DNA from: Octopus sinensis
Lineage: Eukaryota
Reading direction: 5' to 3'
DNA length: 15,484 bases
Assembly (NCBI RefSeq): GCF_006345805.1
Contig: NW_021825535.1
Coordinates: 1 to 15,484, forward strand
The notes beneath the pieces were generated by a model. The model saw only the letters and a program-made list of their open reading frames with translations, had not been told where the DNA came from and did not search any database. The position numbers were made by a program, and so were the translations under genes. Positions 10,215 to 15,484 of this stretch are shown here, in pieces; position 1 is the stretch's first letter, and each line of letters begins with the position of its first letter.

Positions 10215-10790
10215 TATTGCCTTTGCACAGCTTCTAACGCTGGAGATGTACTACGGTGTCAGCTGTTCATTACCAGTGAACTAAGGTAACACCTCTTATT
10301 TTTCGAGCACCATCCGGAGTATTCGAGCGGTTCCAAGCAGTGCTGTTTTCTGTTTTGATCCACATACTTCTCGAGATTTTTGCTCACTGTTCCCAGGGCT
10401 CCGACAATTATTGGTACTACTGCTACCTTTTTCATCGACCACAACTGCTTAACTTCCCAAGCTAACCTGTCATATCTCTCGACTTTTCTTTCTTCCCTAT
10501 CGCATACCATGTTGTCAGCTGGGCATGCTATATCTATGATCCAGCATAGCTTGTTTTCTTTCTCAATTAAGATTATGTCCGGCTTCCTATTCTCTATCTC
10601 ATGGTCGCACTGAATCATAAAATCCCATAGAATCATTGCATTTCTATTTTCGACGATGTCTTCAGGTTTGTGGTCGTACCAATTTTTTGCTCTGTCAAAT
10701 CCATACTTGTTGCAAAGTGTCCAATGGACAAGCCTTGCTATATTGCCGTGGCGTTTCTTATATTCATTCTGGGCTAGTGGCGTACATTGC
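10215..10790 (-). mobile_element. 5'-truncated RLE-type non-LTR retrotransposon (R4/Dong-like) 3' end with about 80-bp 3' UTR and (AAT)n tail
   Basis: Encodes C..LAQNEYKKRHG..ARLVHW, ILWDF.IQCD, NRKPDII, IIDIACPAD, K..RY..L, VVPIIVGALG. After a frameshift it ends QKTALLGTARILRMVLEK* (stop 10296-10298), then a UTR running into (AAT)n. Confidence 0.9.
10296..10789 (-). pseudogene. Restriction-like endonuclease (PD-(D/E)xK) C-terminal domain of a non-LTR retrotransposon ORF, frameshifted
   Basis: About 145 codons open from QCTPLAQ to YVDQ. Two residual nt (10353-10354) shift the frame; the canonical C-terminus QKTALLGTARILR resumes at 10352. RT domain absent. Confidence 0.88.
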
Positions 10791-10850
10791 GTATGTATGT
10801 ATGTATGTATGTATGTATGTATGTATGTATGTATGTATGTATGTATGTAT

Positions 10851-10906
<56 letters not shown>
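10791..10906. repeat. (GTAT)16 followed by about (TAT)18 at the LINE 5' junction
   Basis: Perfect GTAT units at 10791-10854, TAT units to 10906. Confidence 0.95.
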
Positions 10907-10908
<2 letters not shown>

Positions 10909-10909
10909 C

Positions 10910-11020
10910 CCTTCATCTTTTCGGGGTCGGTAATATAAGCACCGGTTGAGCACTGGACGCGACATAATCGACTTACTCCTTTCCCCGAAATTGCTGGCCT
11001 TGTGCCAAAATTTGAAACCA
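10910..11020 (+). mobile_element. 5'-truncated SINE (family E-related 3' half, variant tail)
   Basis: cttcatcttttcggggtcgg...taatcgactt...ggccttgtgccaaaatttgaaacca is homologous to 9972-10072 and is followed by CAT/TTG/TTA repeats. Confidence 0.8.
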
Positions 11021-11884
11021 CCATCATCATCATTATTGTTGTTGTTGTTGCTGTTGTTGTTGTTATTATTATTATCATTTTTATCATTATTATTATCATT
11101 ATTATTAATCTTCTCTGGCTATGTCCACTTTCGTCGGCTTTTCTTGCCAATGCCTTAGCTTGACATTTCCTAATCCCATTTCAAATTTATTGTTTTCTTT
11201 CTAATACTTTTATTTTAAAACTTCGCATTCACTATTTTTAACCATATTACTACTATAACATGTTCTTATTTCAAAATTTAGCCTTTAATCGCTGTTTAAA
11301 TACCCTTCTTTTTAACTTAGTGTCAATTATTTTTAAACACACCACTACGAGGCAATCCTATTTCCAGTTTAGTCCTTAATTAATTTTATTCTATTATTTT
11401 TCTAAAATTTATTATTTCGTATTTTTAATCTTACCTCCACGATGAAACAGAAACAGTTATATAATTAACAAATATTTTGCTATCCTTTTGTGATGATTTT
11501 AAGTTCAAATAAAGGCCGAACACAAAGAAAAAAGCATGGAACCTTCTCTAATTCACAGATTTAAATCATAGACTTCATCGCTAATTAATCTTTATTAATC
11601 TTTACTAATTACCTGAATTATCTTCTTTAATCTCCATTAATCTTAATTAATTATTCTTTCATTAGATCCTCCTTTCATTCCCTGAAATAACTGCGAAATC
11701 CATGATACGGTTCGTGTGTAAAAATACGCTCTTCGTTAAAATTCATCACGGCCAGAAATGTTGTTACCTGATGAATATTTTGCCCAAATACCGATGATTC
11801 TTAACAGGTTTACCTCTTATGAATATTCATATGTTATACATTTACATACATTTTCATAATTTATAATTTTCGACTGACATTATG

Positions 11885-12026
11885 TCTTATCTTTATGTTT
11901 CCCTCTTACTTGTTTCAGTCACAAGACGGTGGCCATGCTGCAGCATCGCCATCAAACGTTTTAACTGAATGAATCGATCCCAAACATGGTACTTTGGTTG
12001 TCGGTCGTCGTTTGCTGAACCGCTAA
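11885..12026 (-). mobile_element. SINE 3' half (family C), inverted relative to downstream copies
   Basis: The reverse complement ttagcggttcagcaaa...gaccga...aagtacca...gatcgattcattc...cagcatggcc...gactgaaacaagtaag matches 12346-12487. Confidence 0.75.
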
Positions 12027-12049
12027 TTCTTATAGTTTACTTAGTGGTA

Positions 12050-12490
12050 GGCGCAGACGTGGCTGTGTGGTAAGAGGCTTCTTTCCTAACCATGTGGTCT
12101 TGTGTTCGGTCCCACTGCATGGTACCTTGGGTTAGTGTCCTCTACTTTAGCCTCAGGCCAACCAAGACCTTGTGAGTGGATTTGGTAGATGGAAACTGAA
12201 AGAAGCTCATCGTGAATGAATGTGTGTGTGTATATGTATCTCTGTGTGTGTGTTGTGTGTGTGTGTGTTGTGTGACTGTATTTACGCTTGTCCCTTCCCC
12301 ATCACCGCTTGATAATCTTTGTCATTTGATTTACACATGCGCCACCTAGCGGTTCGGCAAAAATGACCGATACAATAAGTACCAGGGTAAAGAAATTTAA
12401 TTAAGTACTGGGGTCGATTAGCTCGACTAAAATTCTTCAAGACAATACACCAGAATGGCCGCAGTCCTATGAAAGAAACAAGTAAAAGAC
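12050..12490 (+). mobile_element. Full-length tRNA-derived SINE (family C) with internal (TG)n
   Basis: Head ggcgcagacgtggctgtgtggtaag (A-box), gtgttcggtccc (B-box-like), ccttggg..agtgtc core, internal TG run, tail atggccgcagtc...gaaacaagtaaaaga. Colinear with 12499-12910. Confidence 0.88.
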
Positions 12491-12498
12491 AAAAAAAC

Positions 12499-12910
12499 AG
12501 AAGCTTTCTTCCCAACCACATGGTTCCGGGTTCGGTCCCACTGCGCAGCATCTTGGGCAAGTGTCTTCTATTAGAGCTTCAGGCCGACAAAGCCTTGTGA
12601 GTGGATTTAGTAGACGGAAACTGAAAAAGCCTGTCATATGTGTGTGTGTGTGTGTGTGTGTGTAGCTATGTGTGTCTTTGTGTCTATGTTTGCCCCCCGA
12701 ACAACCACCGCTTGACAACCGGTGTTGTTGTGTTTACGTCCCCGTAACCTAACGGCTCGCCAATAGAGATTAATAGAATAAGTAGCGGGCGTTTTTATTT
12801 CTTAATGTTCTGGAATCGATTCGTTCCTCAAAAAATTCTTCAAGGCGGTGCCCCAACATGGCCGCAGTCTAATGACTGAAACAAAGTAGAAAATAAAAGA
12901 AAAAAAAAGA
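12499..12910 (+). mobile_element. Second family C SINE, lacking about 30 nt of its 5' end, head-to-tail with the first
   Basis: Starts agaagctttcttcccaaccacatggttccgggttcggtcccactgc, has the same internal TG run and tail, and ends in an A-rich run. Confidence 0.88.
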
Positions 12911-12940
12911 TAATGCTTTAGTAAATAAAAACTAACCAAA

Positions 12941-12990
12941 TGGTTGCCAGCAACGGGATAGAACCGATGTCTCTATTGTTGCCAGTCACT
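12941..12990 (-). pseudogene. Possible tRNA-like 3' remnant ending in CCA
   Basis: The minus strand parses as agtga|ctggcaa|caata|gagac|atcgg|ttctatc|ccgtt|gctggca|a|cca, matching tRNA positions 27-76. The T-stem pairs 4 of 5; the anticodon stem does not pair. Confidence 0.3.
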
Positions 12991-13762
12991 CTCTCTCTCT
13001 CTCTCTCTCTCCTCTCTCCTCTTATCACTCACTAACTCGAAGCACATACTCACAGAATACTTTACAATATCATTTATTACTAACACTCACTCTCATTCAC
13101 TCTCTCTCTCTCTCTCTCACTCTTCTTCTCACTTTCTCTCTCTCTCGTTTTCTCTCCCCTTCTCACTCACTCTCTCCCACTCTCCCTCTCCCTCTCACTG
13201 TGTCTCTCTCCCCTTCACACTCTCTCTCCCTCTTCCTCTCATTTCCTCTCACTCTCACTTTCTCTGTCTCGCACTTTCTTTCTTTCTCTCTTTCACTCTC
13301 TCTCTCTCTCACTTTCTCTCTGTCCTTCTTTCTTTCTTACTTTCTCTCTCTCTCTTATTCTCTCTCCCCTTCACAGTCTCTCCCCCTCTCCTTCTCCCTC
13401 TCATTTCCTCTCACTCTCACTTTCTCTGTCTCTCACTTTCTCTCTCTCACTCTCTCTCTCACTCTCCCTCTCACTTTCTCTTTTTCGATCTCACTCTCTC
13501 TCCCCCTTTCCTCTCACTTTCTCTGTCTCTCACTTTCTCTCTCACTCTCTCTCACTCTCCCTCTCACTTTCTCTTTTTCGATCTCACTCTCTCTCCCCCT
13601 TTCCTCTCAATCTCACTTTCTCTGTCTCTCTCTTTCTCTCTCTCACTCTCTCTCACTTTCTCTCTCTCCCTCTCACTTTCCCTCTTTCGATCTCACTCTC
13701 TCTCCCCCTCTCTCTCATGTTCTTTGTCGTTCTCTTTATCTTTCTCCTCAATCTCTATTCCC
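12988..13762. repeat. Large (CT)/(CACT)-derived polypyrimidine tract with higher-order repeats
   Basis: About 770 bp nearly free of G. Landmark ttcgatctcactctctctccccct recurs with CGATC at 13486, 13579 and 13688. Confidence 0.9.
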
Positions 13763-13934
13763 TTAATATTTCTTCTTTTATTTCTGCTTACTTCGTAGCT
13801 TTTTTCTTTTTTTTTACATATTTTTGTTTTAATTTTTATTTGTTTCTTTTTTTTTCCACTTTTTTCCTATAGTGTTTCCTATTTCGAAAAAAACATCAAA
13901 ACAAATATATAAAAGCGAAACTAAAACTAAAGTG

Positions 13935-14005
13935 TCGTCATCGTCATCATCATCGTTGCCTCCGCCGCCGCCGCCGCCGCCGCCGCTCGTCGTCGTCGTG
14001 TCGCG
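13935..14005. repeat. CpG-rich trinucleotide run (CAT/CGT)-(GCC)n-(CGT)n
   Basis: Read directly; unusually GC-rich for this window. Confidence 0.9.
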
Positions 14006-14173
14006 CCGTTCTCTTCCTATTTCACTCACCTTTTCCTCTCATTGATTTCTCACTTGTTTCCTGATGATGAGTGTCGAAAACATCCTTTAGACGAAACCCG
14101 CCTCTTCCTTCATCACTTCTCTTTACAGACAGCACTCGATATGAAGGGGAGAAGGAAGAGGGGAAGGAAGAAA

Positions 14174-14206
<33 letters not shown>

Positions 14207-14345
14207 GATAATAAGAAGAAGAAGAGAAGAAGAAGAAGAAGAAGAAGAAGAAGAAGAAGGAAAGAGGAGGAGGAGGAGGAGGAGGAGAAGAAGAAGAAGA
14301 AGAAAAGAGAGAAAAGAAAGAAGAAGGAGGAACAGGAGGAGGCGC
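14174..14345. repeat. Compound (AAT)(GAA)(GGA) microsatellite
   Basis: Read directly. Confidence 0.95.
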
Positions 14346-14399
14346 GAATAACAATTTATTGTTTCGATCTTTGAGACACCTATAGGATATTTTTTCTCC

Positions 14400-14460
14400 C
14401 CACACAACACACCCCAACACACACATACACACACATATATATATGATATATATTATATAT

Positions 14461-14555
<95 letters not shown>

Positions 14556-14702
14556 ATATATATATATCATATTACATATATAAATACATATATATATATA
14601 TATGTATATATAATATACATAAATATATATACATATATATATATATATTATGTACACATATACATACCCACATATGCATACACACACTTACACACACACA
14701 CA
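14400..14702. repeat. (CA)n/(AT)n microsatellite block
   Basis: Read directly. Confidence 0.95.
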
Positions 14703-15322
14703 TAGTATTATTAGCCTTTTGTTTTTTTTATTTTTTGTTTTTTGTTACTTTATATTTCTGATAGGGTAGATTGTACGAGCACATCACCTCCTGTCAGCTT
14801 TACTATCTCCAGCCAGCCGGCCTGCCGGCATGCCGGCCAGCCTCTACTTTCACTCCCGGTGCACATCGCTACCCACCACTTCTCTCCCCCACCCCTTTTA
14901 CTCCTCCTCCTTCACCTCCTCCTTTTTACTATGTTGCGATTGTTGCTGTTTGCCATTGTTAGGTGCGTCTCCTCCAAATTCGTACTTTCCTCTTTTTTAT
15001 TTCATTTTTATAAATCCCCCCCCTATTTTTCGTTTAATTTTCTTTTATTCTCTTCCACCTCTCTCTCTCTATCTATCTATCTATCTATCTGTCTATCTCT
15101 CTCCTTCACACACCACACAAAGATACACACACACACACACACACACAAACACGCGCGCACACGCACACTCTCACACTTTTATGGTGTCGAGTAGAAACCG
15201 AACGAAAAACTTCGTTGAATACAAGAAATCTATAAATATGGCGAACACAAAAGACTGATTGGTTTGTCAGTACAGCTGTGAACAATTTCTGCTTTGCACA
15301 CCTGACTCCCACCTCTTCTGAT

Positions 15323-15388
15323 CTCTCTCCTCTCTTTCTCTGTCTCTCTCTGTCTCTCTCTGTCTCTCTCTGTCTCTCTCTCTCTCTG

Positions 15389-15433
<45 letters not shown>
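15323..15433. repeat. (CT)n with a 10-bp TGTCTCTCTC unit repeated at least four times
   Basis: tgtctctctc occurs four times at 15341-15380. Confidence 0.95.
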
Positions 15434-15439
<6 letters not shown>

Positions 15440-15484
15440 GACGACGTGAGATATCACGTAAAGAGGAGACATCTCACTCTTTCT

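Noticed and set aside
10259-10909. 216-aa ORF as an intact gene
   Set aside because: The N-terminus is microsatellite from a GTG start, the true C-terminus is frameshifted and the RT domain is absent, so it is a retrotransposon remnant.
10380-10949. Plus-strand ORFs overlapping the nuclease region
   Set aside because: They are antisense shadows of the LINE ORF extended by microsatellites.
11581-11655. Cluster of TAAT/TAATCT homeodomain-like sites
   Set aside because: Expected at this AT content, with no independent support.
13200-13766. 188-aa Ser/Leu-rich ORF
   Set aside because: It is a translation of the CT-rich tract.
14101-14128. Strong plus-strand acceptor cttctctttacag
   Set aside because: It is followed by microsatellite with no plausible nearby donor, and pyrimidine-rich context makes it likely by chance.
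14824-14837. Perfect palindrome GCCGGCATGCCGGC as a p53-like or cruciform site
   Set aside because: It sits in a degenerate (GCCN)n run, does not fit RRRCWWGYYY, and is short.

Overview
This is AT-rich, microsatellite-dense eukaryotic DNA with no supportable host protein-coding gene. It is probably intergenic or intronic coleoid cephalopod (octopus-like) sequence; that assignment rests on my recall of the SINE sequences and is not verified. Almost all listed ORFs are translations of simple repeats. The one clear coding remnant is a 5'-truncated, frameshifted 3' end of an R4/Dong-like non-LTR retrotransposon (10215-10790, minus strand) encoding a restriction-like PD-(D/E)xK endonuclease. It lies in an (ATT/TAA)n array between two SINEs. 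Other elements are an intact 418-bp MITE (29-bp perfect TIRs, 8-bp TSD, internal (CCCTAA)3), about nine tRNA-derived SINE copies or fragments from several modular families, a SINE whose 5' A-box segment is tandemly repeated, a tRNA-like 3' remnant ending in CCA, and large compound microsatellites. I see no convincing novel multi-gene system; the most interesting biology is the transposon and microsatellite interplay.
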